Below are positions 7,991-16,622 of a stretch of DNA of 64,000 bases, in pieces (within the stretch, counting starts at the first letter, position 1; each line of letters starts with the position of its first letter). The stretch is from Candidatus Falkowbacteria bacterium (lineage in GTDB: Bacteria; Patescibacteriota; Patescibacteriia; Patescibacteriales; UBA12465), in NCBI GenBank assembly GCA_037137655.1, contig JBAXJX010000002.1, positions 101,730 to 165,729 on the forward strand, given 5' to 3'. A program made the position numbers and the translations under genes. Below the pieces are notes generated by a model that was not told the DNA's origin, did not search any database, and saw only the letters and a list, made by a program, of their open reading frames with translations.

Positions 7991-9232
7991 ATGAAAAATT
8001 ATGTAAGTTTAATCAGTTTGGTATTTATTACCATGTTATTAGCGTTTAACTCTTGTAGAAAAGAAGATTTCGCTAAACCAATGAGTAAAAAAATTAATGT
8101 TGACAACAAGGTCGGCGCGGAAAAAACGTTTTCAATAAACTATGAATTTCCTGCTGGCAGTAATTTAAAGTCAATGATCACTGGAGTAATTGATAGTGGC
8201 AGCACTGTCAAATTAGGCACTACCGGAAACATTGCTCTTTGGACGTCACCATCAACAAAATGCGACTGGACTTTAGATGGTGTAAAAATCAACAACAATG
8301 TTGACCAAATTTTAGCCAACCTAACAACAGATCACAAAACCTATTGTGTGGTAGCAACAAAAACTGGCAGCACTGAAAAAGTTACTTTTTACCTTAATGT
8401 TAACACTGACTCAATTGTTAAAGTTATCACTCCTGTTATTACTGGAGCAAATACCTTAATAAGATTAGTTAGTGTTCAAAGCGTTAGTGGTAGTTGGTTA
8501 TTAACTTGGAAAGCGGCAAAACAAATTAGCGCACCAAATTATGCTTATTATTCAAACTGGAGTGGTAATTATCAAAACATGAATAGTTTTGACAAACCAA
8601 CTGTAGTTAGTAGTGATAGTGTAGAATTTGCCTTTTATCTTCCAAACAATGGCTCGTCTAGCACTAGAAGAACTTTTGCCGTAGCAACTGGAAGTGGCTC
8701 TTGGTTTTCAGCCAATAGCGTAAACTGTCCATTCTATGATCAAGCTTATTTTGGTTCTGGCAACAGCACACCCGACAATGTATTTACATTCTACTTTGAC
8801 GGAACGACTGGTACGGTTACTAATGCCGCTAAAACAATCGTTGTTCCTGGACAAAAAACAGTTCCAATCGTTGAACAAACCCCTGGAACTCTTGGTGACA
8901 CCACCAACGCTGTAAACACCGCTCAGATTATCAATGGAAACTTAGTAATTTATATTAAGTTACCAGCTGGCTCAACTGTAGTTTTCCAAAGCTCAGCCAC
9001 CGCCGCAACTGCACCAACAGCCGCTTGGACTAGTTACATAATAACCAGTTCAGTACCCGGAAGTGCTTCATGGTCTAGCGCTACAATTCTAGCTTCTGAT
9101 CTTAACAAGTACAATTGGTGGATTTATGGAACCGGTACTAGCAATGGATACAAAAGCGATCCCAACATGATTAAATCATTATTTTATTTAAAAACAGCTG
9201 GGGCTTGCTACTTGAGTACATTAGGTCGATAG
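7991..9232 (+). CDS. putative surface lipoprotein, paralog A
   Basis: Signal peptide ending LLAFNSC, then conserved DFAKPMSKK. The whole length is collinear with 9407..10627. No known domain recognised. Confidence 0.7.
   Translation: MKNYVSLISLVFITMLLAFNSCRKEDFAKPMSKKINVDNKVGAEKTFSINYEFPAGSNLKSMITGVIDSGSTVKLGTTGNIALWTSPSTKCDWTLDGVKINNNVDQILANLTTDHKTYCVVATKTGSTEKVTFYLNVNTDSIVKVITPVITGANTLIRLVSVQSVSGSWLLTWKAAKQISAPNYAYYSNWSGNYQNMNSFDKPTVVSSDSVEFAFYLPNNGSSSTRRTFAVATGSGSWFSANSVNCPFYDQAYFGSGNSTPDNVFTFYFDGTTGTVTNAAKTIVVPGQKTVPIVEQTPGTLGDTTNAVNTAQIINGNLVIYIKLPAGSTVVFQSSATAATAPTAAWTSYIITSSVPGSASWSSATILASDLNKYNWWIYGTGTSNGYKSDPNMIKSLFYLKTAGACYLSTLGR
8963..9037 (+). repeat. 75-nt near-identical patch shared with 10361..10435
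   Basis: 73/75 nt identical (differences C/T and T/A). It encodes PAGSTVVFQSSATAATAPTAAWTSY in both genes. Flanking sequence is much more diverged. Confidence 0.9.
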
Positions 9233-9252
9233 ATCTTTTAACTTCAATTCAG

Positions 9253-9286
9253 AGCCACATTTCTTTTAGAAATGTGGCTTTTTTAT
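9253..9286 (+). terminator. intrinsic terminator
   Basis: AGCCACATTTCT / AGAAATGTGGCT stem plus a T6 run. Confidence 0.8.
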
Positions 9287-9305
9287 TTTTACCACCACCC
9301 AGCTC

Positions 9306-9334
9306 TTGACAATTATTAATATATAATGTATACT
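9306..9334 (+). promoter_or_regulatory. sigma70-type promoter
   Basis: TTGACA, 17-nt spacer, TATACT. Confidence 0.6.
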
Positions 9335-9406
9335 TAACTATTGCTTAAAAAAGAAAGCATAATTCTTTAACAATTAAAATCAGTATTTAATTTAAATCAG
9401 TAAACG

Positions 9407-10627
9407 ATGAAAAAAGTAGTAAGAGCAGTCGCATTATTATGCGCAGTAGTAACATCAGTTTTTTTTACAAGCTGTAAAAAAGATGGAGATTTTGCCAAAC
9501 CAATGAGTAAAAATATCGTAACACCCAACACTGACGGGTTTTCCGTTTTATACTCGTACAACCCAGGAGGCAGTTTAAAAGCTTTCGGTGACAGTATTTC
9601 TGGAATTATTATTGAAGGTGATACCGTAAAAATGGGTAGCACTGGAAATTTAATCTTAACAACCACTCCAGTTACAAAGTGTAATTGGGTGTTGGACGGA
9701 GACACAATTGCTAAAAATGTTGACCAAGCATTATTAAGTTTAAAAACTAAAAAGGTTTATTCCGTTTCGGTTATAAACGCTTCTAATGCAAAACAAAAGG
9801 TTAACTTTAAAGTAGATGTGGCTAGCGCTCCAGTAGTAATACCACCATTACCAGGAATAAGTAAATTGTTGCGCCTAATCAGTATTGAACAAGGCAGCAC
9901 AACATCACTTTTAACTTGGCGAGCATCAAGACAAAAAACACTAAGCACAACTTACACCTATTTAAGCAATTGGACTTCATGGACCACCGGAACAGCTTTT
10001 TACAATAGTACAATTCTAAGCACCGATTCCATTGAATTTTCTTTTATGATTGATAATTCTGGTTTAGCCAGTGTTAGAAAATCGTTTATGCTTATGCAGA
10101 GTAATGGGACTTGGTTAGTTGCTGATAGCACTGCTTGTCCATTCTACGACCCATTGTTTGATAGTAATCATGATGGAACACCAGACAACGTGTTTAGTTT
10201 CTATTATGATGGAACCAATGCTCACGTCTACGACGCTAACAAATCACTAGTTGTTCCACAGGCCGCACCAATAGCTGCGCCCGGAAAATTAGGCGATGCC
10301 ACTAATGCTGTAAACACCGCTGAAGTAACTGGAGGTAATTTAATTATTTATGTTAAAATGCCAGCTGGTTCAACTGTAGTTTTCCAAAGCTCAGCCACCG
10401 CCGCAACAGCACCAACAGCCGCTTGGACTAGTTACTTATCAACCACCGCTGTTCCCGGAACAACATTCTGGTCTAGCGTTACTGTTCTAGCCACCGATCT
10501 CAACAAATACAATTGGTGGATCTATGGTACCGGAACTGGAGTAACTTACAAAAGCGATGCCAACATGAGTCAATCAGCCTTCTGGATTCCAGCCGCTGGA
10601 GCTTGTGGTGTCTCACTGTTAAAATAA
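9407..10627 (+). CDS. putative surface lipoprotein, paralog B
   Basis: Signal peptide ending VFFTSC, then DFAKPMSKN. Shares with paralog A the motifs TKCxWxLDG, CPFYD, TPDNVFxFYxDGT, DLNKYNWWIYGTGT and a C-terminal AGAC. Confidence 0.7.
   Translation: MKKVVRAVALLCAVVTSVFFTSCKKDGDFAKPMSKNIVTPNTDGFSVLYSYNPGGSLKAFGDSISGIIIEGDTVKMGSTGNLILTTTPVTKCNWVLDGDTIAKNVDQALLSLKTKKVYSVSVINASNAKQKVNFKVDVASAPVVIPPLPGISKLLRLISIEQGSTTSLLTWRASRQKTLSTTYTYLSNWTSWTTGTAFYNSTILSTDSIEFSFMIDNSGLASVRKSFMLMQSNGTWLVADSTACPFYDPLFDSNHDGTPDNVFSFYYDGTNAHVYDANKSLVVPQAAPIAAPGKLGDATNAVNTAEVTGGNLIIYVKMPAGSTVVFQSSATAATAPTAAWTSYLSTTAVPGTTFWSSVTVLATDLNKYNWWIYGTGTGVTYKSDANMSQSAFWIPAAGACGVSLLK
10361..10435 (+). repeat. 75-nt near-identical patch shared with 8963..9037
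   Basis: See 8963..9037. Confidence 0.9.
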
Positions 10628-10646
10628 AAAATACTAAAAACAATAA

Positions 10647-10685
10647 AGCCCTACTTCTTAAATTGAAGTAGGGCTCTTTTATTTT
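10647..10685. terminator. bidirectional intrinsic terminator
   Basis: AGCCCTACTTC / GAAGTAGGGCT stem, A-rich on the left and T-rich on the right. It sits between convergent genes. Confidence 0.8.
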
Positions 10686-10697
10686 AAAATTTTTATA

Positions 10698-11702
10698 TTA
10701 ATTTACAAAATCAAATTCCCAGCCAGAATTATTTTTATTAATTTTTCCGGAAATTAAAAAACCGCTAGCTTTAACATGTCCACCGCCACCAAAAATTTGG
10801 GCCAAGCTAGATAAATTAACATTATTACTGGAAGTGCGTAAATTTACTTTTAGTCTTTGCTCATCATCCTCACGTATAAGCACTACCGCCGAAACATCAA
10901 CTAAGCCACTTAAAAAAGCTACAATTTCACCGAAGATTTCACTATTAATATCAAGTAAACTATTTACCCCAGTGGTCTTTAAAATTTCATCCTTTGTTAA
11001 CACTGACACACCAATATTATATCTTTTATTAATTTTCAAATTATCCAAAGCCAAGCCCCATATTTTCAAAGAATTAATATCTTTATTTTCAGAAAAGCTC
11101 CGCATCATTTTTGGAAATTGAGCACCATGTTCCACTAACTCGGCCACGATTTTTATAGTTGTATCACTGGTTGAGGAATAAGCAAAATTTCCAGTGTCAC
11201 ACAAAATACCTGACATTAAACAATTCGCTAAATTTTTGGTAATTTTTATATTTTGACTTTTTATAAAATTAAAAATTACCTCTGTTGTTGATGATAGCTG
11301 CGCCAATCTAATTTCTAAATCAGCATAATCATCGGTCCTTGGGTGATGGTCAAGCTCAACTACAAATTGATCTTCTCTTCGATTTTTTATATAACTCTCC
11401 AATTGTGTTCGACTAAGCGACCCGCAATCCAACACCACTATTAAATCAAATTCGGAAAAATTAAAATTATCCGGCAAGCTTCCATGAATTAATTCTTCAT
11501 GTGGTAAATAGTGCATTGCCAATTCTTCTTTTTGCGCGGCAAAAGCAAAAAAAGTTTTTTCTAAATTTTTTAGGACCTCAATAATTGCGCCAAGCGAAGA
11601 AATAGCGTCAACGTCCGGATGAACATGTGATACTATTAAAATATTTTTAGCACTTTTTATTTTCGAAAAAAGTAATTCAAATTTTATTAAAAATTCATTC
11701 AT
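10698..11702 (-). CDS. nrnA: DHH/DHHA1 phosphoesterase (NrnA-like oligoribonuclease/pAp phosphatase)
   Basis: SHVHPDVDAISS, LDHHP and GGGGHVKASGF motifs. Start moved to ATG 11702 (MNEFLIKF). Confidence 0.8.
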   Translation of the reverse strand: MNEFLIKFELLFSKIKSAKNILIVSHVHPDVDAISSLGAIIEVLKNLEKTFFAFAAQKEELAMHYLPHEELIHGSLPDNFNFSEFDLIVVLDCGSLSRTQLESYIKNRREDQFVVELDHHPRTDDYADLEIRLAQLSSTTEVIFNFIKSQNIKITKNLANCLMSGILCDTGNFAYSSTSDTTIKIVAELVEHGAQFPKMMRSFSENKDINSLKIWGLALDNLKINKRYNIGVSVLTKDEILKTTGVNSLLDINSEIFGEIVAFLSGLVDVSAVVLIREDDEQRLKVNLRTSSNNVNLSSLAQIFGGGGHVKASGFLISGKINKNNSGWEFDFVN

Positions 11703-11741
11703 AACCACTATACACAAAATGCCCGACTTGGGCATTTTTGT

Positions 11742-12101
11742 TTATTTATCTTTTAGGATTTCTTTTAACTCTTCCTCCTCGGCGGCAATAGCCTTTTCTA
11801 AAATACTAGCCTTTACCTCTGTCGCATCAAAAGTGAAATTTAGTTTTGGTACTCGACCAAGCTTACTATTTTTACGTAGAGTTTGACTTAAAAATCCAGC
11901 CTTCTTACGCAAGACACTCAAAACGGTACCAGCATAAGACGCTGGCAACACTGAAATACCTACTGTTGCATAATTTAAATCCTCAGAACATTTAACAAAA
12001 ACTAAGGTCACCAAAACATTTGGCACACCAATTTCTCGGTTAATAATTTCTGCTAACTTATGCAAAATCAATTCGTTAATTTTATCCAAACGGTCAGACA
12101 T
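11742..12101 (-). CDS. rbfA: ribosome-binding factor A
   Basis: Size, position directly after infB, and the pattern LAEIINREIG...VTLVFVKCSEDLNYATV. Confidence 0.85.
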   Translation of the reverse strand: MSDRLDKINELILHKLAEIINREIGVPNVLVTLVFVKCSEDLNYATVGISVLPASYAGTVLSVLRKKAGFLSQTLRKNSKLGRVPKLNFTFDATEVKASILEKAIAAEEEELKEILKDK

Positions 12102-12102
12102 A

Positions 12103-14079
12103 TTAAATTTTGTTAATAACTTCTTCTTCTTTATAAATGTTTAAAATATCACCTTCCACTACCACTGGCTTACCTTCATATTTCAAACCACATTCCTGAT
12201 CTTTTTCAACCATGTTAACGTCTTGTTTGCCAGATTGAAGTTTTACTAATTTTCCCTTTTCCACAATTTCTTTATCACGAATAACTTCAATAAAAGAATT
12301 GTTTTCAATTACACCATCCAAAACCTTACCACCAATAATTTGAGCTCCAGTTTCTGTTCTAAAAATTGCCAAAACTTTTAAGCGACCCAAATCTTTTCGA
12401 ACATATTCTGGAACAATCATGGCTTGCATTTCCGCTTTAACATATTTAATTAAATCGTAAATAACAGAAAACATTTTTACTTTAACATTTTTTTCTCTAA
12501 TCAAGTTTTCAGTTTGTGGTTGAACTTTAACATTAAAACAAACAATCTGAGCGCCAGAATCTTCTGCTCTTTTTACATCACCCTCACCTACCATGCCCAA
12601 ACTCTTGTTAATTATTTTAACTTTTATTTTATTACTATTAATTTTCAATAATGATTCTTCAATCGCCTCAATTGAACCTAATACATCACTCTTAATTATT
12701 AAGTTTAATTTTAAAATATTATCATCATTTTCCTCGGCTTTAGCGGCCGGTTTATTACTCATAAACAAGTTGGACACTTTTTTAACTTTTATTTTTTCAC
12801 CTTCACCAACACTTAAAACATCACCAACCTCTGGTAACATTTTTAAACCTAAAATTCTAGCCGGTTCTGATGGTCCAGCCGAATCAACTACTTCGCCCTT
12901 GTAACTATACAAAGCTTTAACTTTGCCATAAAAAACATTGTTAAAACATAATTGGTCGCCCACACGAAGTGTACCATTTTGAATTAAGATAGTAGCAATT
13001 GGTCCCGCACCTTTATCAAGTCGGGCTTCAATAATTGTTCCAATTGCATCTGCTTTTGGATTAGCCTTTAAGTTATCCGCCTCAGTTTCAGCTAACAATA
13101 AAACCATATCTAATAATTCATCAATACCTTTTTCATCTTTAGCAGAAATTGGCACACAAATAGTTTTTCCACCCCAATCCTCTGGTGTAATTTTTAGCAT
13201 GGTTGATAATTCTTGTTTGGTGCGATTAACATCAGAGTCTAATTTATCAATTTTATTAATTGCCACAATATATGGAATTTTAGCAGCTTCAATAATTCTA
13301 AAGGCTTCCACTGTTTGTGGTTTTACACCGTCATCAGCTGCCACCACCAAGATAGCAATATCCGCCACTTTTGCACCACGACTACGCATAGCCGTAAAAG
13401 CTTCGTGACCAGGAGTATCAATAAAGGTCATTTTTTTATCCTTTCTTGTTACTTGATAAGCACCGATATGTTGAGTGATGCCACCAGCTTCACCGGCAAT
13501 AACATTAGTTTTTCTAATAGCATCGAGTAATCTAGTCTTACCGTGATCAACGTGCCCCATCACAACAATAACCGGAAAACGATTTTCTAAATTTTCTGGC
13601 TTTTCATCGCTCAGCGCTTTTTCAATCTTATCATTTTCCGAGCTCTTACTCTCATCCTCTGAATTTTCAATTAAACTAACTTCTAAATTTAATTCTTCAC
13701 CAATAATTGAAGCCGTATCAAAATCAATTCTTTCGTTCATAGAGGCGAAAATACCATTCTTCATCAACTCAGAAATAACTTTGTTGATTGGCAGTGTCGC
13801 TAGGGCAGCAAAATCACGAATAGAAATAAAATTAGGAATAGCAACTTTTTTCTTTTCTACTGGAATATCTAAAGCAGTGTCATTAACCTTATTTTTTTCT
13901 GCTTCCTTTTTTAATTTAATTTGTTTTAATAGAACAGGCCACTCTTTTATAATACGACGAGTTGTAAAATTATCAACCTTGATCGCTCTTTGCCCAATAT
14001 TAAAACCCATCTGTGGTAACAAATCTCGTAGTTCCTGCGGATTAACTTTTAAAATTCTAGCTAATTCTGTTATATTCAT
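12103..14079 (-). CDS. infB: translation initiation factor IF-2
   Basis: PVIVVMGHVDHGKTRLLDAIR, DTPGHEAF and NKID GTPase motifs, with full-length IF-2 C-terminal domains. Confidence 0.95.
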   Translation of the reverse strand: MNITELARILKVNPQELRDLLPQMGFNIGQRAIKVDNFTTRRIIKEWPVLLKQIKLKKEAEKNKVNDTALDIPVEKKKVAIPNFISIRDFAALATLPINKVISELMKNGIFASMNERIDFDTASIIGEELNLEVSLIENSEDESKSSENDKIEKALSDEKPENLENRFPVIVVMGHVDHGKTRLLDAIRKTNVIAGEAGGITQHIGAYQVTRKDKKMTFIDTPGHEAFTAMRSRGAKVADIAILVVAADDGVKPQTVEAFRIIEAAKIPYIVAINKIDKLDSDVNRTKQELSTMLKITPEDWGGKTICVPISAKDEKGIDELLDMVLLLAETEADNLKANPKADAIGTIIEARLDKGAGPIATILIQNGTLRVGDQLCFNNVFYGKVKALYSYKGEVVDSAGPSEPARILGLKMLPEVGDVLSVGEGEKIKVKKVSNLFMSNKPAAKAEENDDNILKLNLIIKSDVLGSIEAIEESLLKINSNKIKVKIINKSLGMVGEGDVKRAEDSGAQIVCFNVKVQPQTENLIREKNVKVKMFSVIYDLIKYVKAEMQAMIVPEYVRKDLGRLKVLAIFRTETGAQIIGGKVLDGVIENNSFIEVIRDKEIVEKGKLVKLQSGKQDVNMVEKDQECGLKYEGKPVVVEGDILNIYKEEEVINKI

Positions 14080-14122
14080 AAAATTGTTTTATTTTAAAGT
14101 GTTTTATTAATTATACACTGTA

Positions 14123-14142
14123 AGATAAAGCCTTTTCCACAC
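14123..14142 (+). promoter_or_regulatory. pair of DnaA-box-like 9-mers
   Basis: TTTTCCACA (14123-14131) and TTATCCACT (14134-14142), both close to TTATCCACA. They lie just upstream of a minus-strand extended -10 (TGTATAAT, plus coordinates about 14109-14117) for infB. Confidence 0.4.
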
Positions 14143-14227
14143 CTTATCCACTGTTTTTTATTGTTTAATATTAGCCAAATTAGTAATTTCTGTCTACAAA
14201 AACGTAGACTTATCCAGTAGCGATGCT

Positions 14228-14253
14228 AAAGCCAGCTTTTTGGCTGGCTTTTT
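14228..14253. terminator. hairpin plus T-run (terminator of the tRNA-Ala transcript and/or of a short plus-strand RNA)
   Basis: GCCAGC / GCTGGC stem with A-run on the left and T5 on the right. Confidence 0.5.
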
Positions 14254-14273
14254 AAACTTTTGGATATAAAAAG

Positions 14274-14347
14274 TGGACCATAAGGGACTTGAACCCTTGA
14301 CCTCTTCCATGCCATGGAAGCACTCTAGCCAACTGAGCTAATGGCCC
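14274..14347 (-). tRNA. tRNA-Ala (anticodon GGC)
   Basis: Reverse complement is GGGCCATTAGCTCAGTTGGCTAGAGTGCTTCCATGGCATGGAAGAGGTCAAGGGTTCAAGTCCCTTATGGTCCA. It folds as a cloverleaf with anticodon loop ATGGCAT and the G3:U70 Ala identity pair. No encoded CCA. Confidence 0.9.
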
Positions 14348-14356
14348 AACAGGTAA

Positions 14357-14491
14357 TTAACCTATTCCATTAACTTTATTAAATAGAGTTATAATATAAA
14401 GAATTGTTTCCCAGCACAAAAAGAATGAAAGCAAAAAACCAAAAACAAAACTAATAAAAACTATCATGAAATGTCTGTCCACAATTTTCAT
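14357..14491 (-). CDS. possible 44-aa hydrophobic peptide between two tRNA genes
   Basis: My translation is MKIVDRHFMIVFISFVFGFLLSFFLCWETILYIITLFNKVNGIG. It is below the ORF-track cutoff and has no homology support. Confidence 0.2.
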   Translation of the reverse strand: MKIVDRHFMIVFISFVFGFLLSFFLCWETILYIITLFNKVNGIG

Positions 14492-14607
14492 GAAATTACT
14501 CTGACGATGAAATAAATTTTTTAACATAGAAAGTATTTTTATTATATTATAATATTACTTATATAGTATAATAAAAATAAAAATATTACAATATTTGTGC
14601 CCCCACC

Positions 14608-14679
14608 ACGAATCGAACGTGGATCTAGGACTTAGGAGATCCTTGTTTTATCCATTAAACTACAGGAGCAAATATTCAA
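14608..14679 (-). tRNA. tRNA-Arg (anticodon CCT)
   Basis: Reverse complement is GCTCCTGTAGTTTAATGGATAAAACAAGGATCTCCTAAGTCCTAGATCCACGTTCGATTCGTGGTGGGGGCA. Anticodon loop is CTCCTAA and the T-arm is CCACG/TTCGATT/CGTGG. Confidence 0.85.
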
Positions 14680-14773
14680 CCACTTCATTATATACGTTTT
14701 TAGCATTTTGACAAATTGCAAATATTAGCTTAAAATAAAAATGAAAAATATAATAACAAACTAATAAAAAACT

Positions 14774-15184
14774 ATGTTTAAAAAAGGAAATCAAAATGAA
14801 GTTTTCAGTGATGTTGAAACTATTATTGGTGAATCTATAAAGGTTAAGGGCGATTTTAACGGTAATGGCAATATCGTTATAGATGGCATCCTAGAAGGAT
14901 CATTAAAAACTAAAAGTAATATCTTTGTTGGCGAAAAGGCCAAAATCTCTGGCAGCCTAGAGGCTAGTGAAATAATTATTAATGGCGACATTAATGGTAA
15001 TTTATTAGTTAAGACTTATTTATCCGTTGGCAGCACAGCTACAATTACCGGTGACATTGAATGTGCTCAAATTTCAGTTGAAAAGGGGGCTAAAATAAAT
15101 GGTAAAATTAAAATGTTAAATAATTTGACTAATGTTAGCAAAAAATTAGAAACAACTAATGACTCCGAAGAGAAATCAGAATAG
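14774..15184 (+). CDS. bactofilin-family cytoskeletal protein
   Basis: Repetitive beta-helix pattern: IKVKGDFNGNGNIVIDGILEGSL...ISGSLEASEIIINGDINGNL...ITGDIECAQISVEKGAKINGKI. Confidence 0.85.
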   Translation: MFKKGNQNEVFSDVETIIGESIKVKGDFNGNGNIVIDGILEGSLKTKSNIFVGEKAKISGSLEASEIIINGDINGNLLVKTYLSVGSTATITGDIECAQISVEKGAKINGKIKMLNNLTNVSKKLETTNDSEEKSE

Positions 15185-15204
15185 CCTTTATTCACATTTT
15201 AAAT

Positions 15205-15936
15205 ATGAACCTATTTATATACGACGACTATTTAAATAAATACAAAAAATCCATTACTAACTTAGAGGTTGAGTTGCATAAACTAAATCTAAATGGCAAA
15301 ATTGTTTATTTGGAAAATATAAAAAACATCAACAACCTCATAAACGATGAGATTAATAATGGTGCCAAAACAATTATAGCCGTTGGAAACAACTCAACTA
15401 TACACAAAATCGTAAATGCAATTAGCGATGTTGATAATGAATCTTTAAAGAATATTGCTTTTGGTATTATTCCCCTCGGTGATAATAATTCCATTGCTGA
15501 AGCTTGCGGTATAAAAAATGATAGAATTGCTCCAGAAATAATTTTAGCTCGTCGTATAGAAAGCATTAACATTGCTAAGGCCAATGACCACTATTTTGTC
15601 TCCGAAGCCTATATTAATGCCAAGGGCACCGTTTTAAATATCGATGATTTTTCAATTGATCCAATAAAGGGTGGTGATATTCGAATAATCAACCTGCTTA
15701 GTGAAAAATGTTCTACGAAGAACATTAATTATAGTCCTAAAGATAATATTTTAAATATTTACATTAAAAGCAGAAGTCGGGCAGAAAGCTTTTTACCAAC
15801 CAAATCAGTTACTATTACCAATTCTTCTGGCGAAAAAGTTTTAATTGATAATAGTGTTAAAATGGATACACCAGTAACTATCTCTATTTTAAATAAAAAT
15901 ATTAATTTTATTGTGAGCAAAGAACGAAATTTTTAA
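15205..15936 (+). CDS. diacylglycerol/lipid-kinase-like protein with degenerate catalytic motifs
   Basis: The layout is DAGK_cat-like, but the usual GGDGT reads GNNST (IIAVGNNSTIHKIVNAI) and the GTGND-type loop reads GDNNS (GIIPLGDNNSIAEACGI). Confidence 0.55.
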   Translation: MNLFIYDDYLNKYKKSITNLEVELHKLNLNGKIVYLENIKNINNLINDEINNGAKTIIAVGNNSTIHKIVNAISDVDNESLKNIAFGIIPLGDNNSIAEACGIKNDRIAPEIILARRIESINIAKANDHYFVSEAYINAKGTVLNIDDFSIDPIKGGDIRIINLLSEKCSTKNINYSPKDNILNIYIKSRSRAESFLPTKSVTITNSSGEKVLIDNSVKMDTPVTISILNKNINFIVSKERNF

Positions 15937-15958
15937 ATTTGTTCTACGCAGAACATTT
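15934..15958 (+). repeat. stop-codon-abutting hairpin repeat, copy 1 (TAAATTTGTTCTACGCAGAACATTT)
   Basis: TGTTCT-ACGC-AGAACA hairpin plus TTT. It is identical to 16536..16559 except for one T. Confidence 0.9.
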
Positions 15959-15965
15959 CATCCCT

Positions 15966-16538
15966 ATGAAAAAAACATTAGAAAATTTAACAAAAGCCTA
16001 TGTGGGCGAGTGCCAAGCTAGAAATCGTTACACTTTTTACGCGAAAACCGCGCAACAAGAAGGTTATGAACAATTAGCTGAATTATTTTTATTAACCGCG
16101 CAACAAGAAAAAGCTCACGCTAAAAGATTATTTAAATTTATCCAAGAATTAAAAGAGAATAATGATGAAATTAAGATTGAAACCGGAGTTCCAACCGTTT
16201 TTGGCACTAGCATTGATAATTTAAAAGCGGCTATTGCTGGAGAAACTTATGAAACTGACACTATGTACCCTGAATTTGCAGCTATCGCTCAAGAAGAAGG
16301 TTTGGTTAATATTGCTAGCCACCTTAAATCAATTGCCGTAGCCGAAAGAAATCATAAAGAAAAATACGAACTTTACTTAAACAATATTGAAAAAGGCGAA
16401 GTATTTAAAAAAACCAGTGAAAATACTTGGGTTTGCCGTGAGTGTGGTTATACTTATACCGGTTTAGAGGCACCAAAATCATGCCCATCATGTGATCATC
16501 CACAAGCATTTTATGAAATTCGCAATATGAACTTCTAA
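15966..16538 (+). CDS. rbr: rubrerythrin
   Basis: A ferritin-like four-helix region (EGYEQLAELF...QQEKAHAKR; ...AERNHKEKY) plus a C-terminal rubredoxin motif (CRECG...CPSCDHP). Start moved from TTG 15939 to ATG 15966. Confidence 0.9.
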   Translation: MKKTLENLTKAYVGECQARNRYTFYAKTAQQEGYEQLAELFLLTAQQEKAHAKRLFKFIQELKENNDEIKIETGVPTVFGTSIDNLKAAIAGETYETDTMYPEFAAIAQEEGLVNIASHLKSIAVAERNHKEKYELYLNNIEKGEVFKKTSENTWVCRECGYTYTGLEAPKSCPSCDHPQAFYEIRNMNF

Positions 16539-16559
16539 ATTGTTCTACGCAGAACATTT
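16536..16559 (+). repeat. stop-codon-abutting hairpin repeat, copy 2 (TAAATTGTTCTACGCAGAACATTT)
   Basis: See 15934..15958. Confidence 0.9.
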
Positions 16560-16569
16560 TTAAAACAAT

Positions 16570-16600
16570 AAAGGCTCCGTTAGAACGGAGCCTTTATTTT
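16570..16600. terminator. bidirectional intrinsic terminator
   Basis: AAAGGCTCCGT / ACGGAGCCTTT stem, TAGA loop, T-rich tail. It sits between convergent rbr and yidC. Confidence 0.85.
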
Positions 16601-16622
16601 ATCTTTATGTTTTATTTATTTT

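Noticed and set aside
8963-10435. A diversity-generating retroelement (template/variable repeat) as the explanation for the 75-nt shared patch
   Set aside because: No reverse transcriptase ORF lies in or near the locus. The two mismatches (C/T and T/A) are not adenine-specific. The patch is conserved rather than hypervariable.
16570-16600. A riboswitch or attenuator role for the hairpins downstream of rubrerythrin
   Set aside because: The larger hairpin sits between convergent genes and has A- and T-runs on either side. It is adequately explained as a bidirectional terminator.
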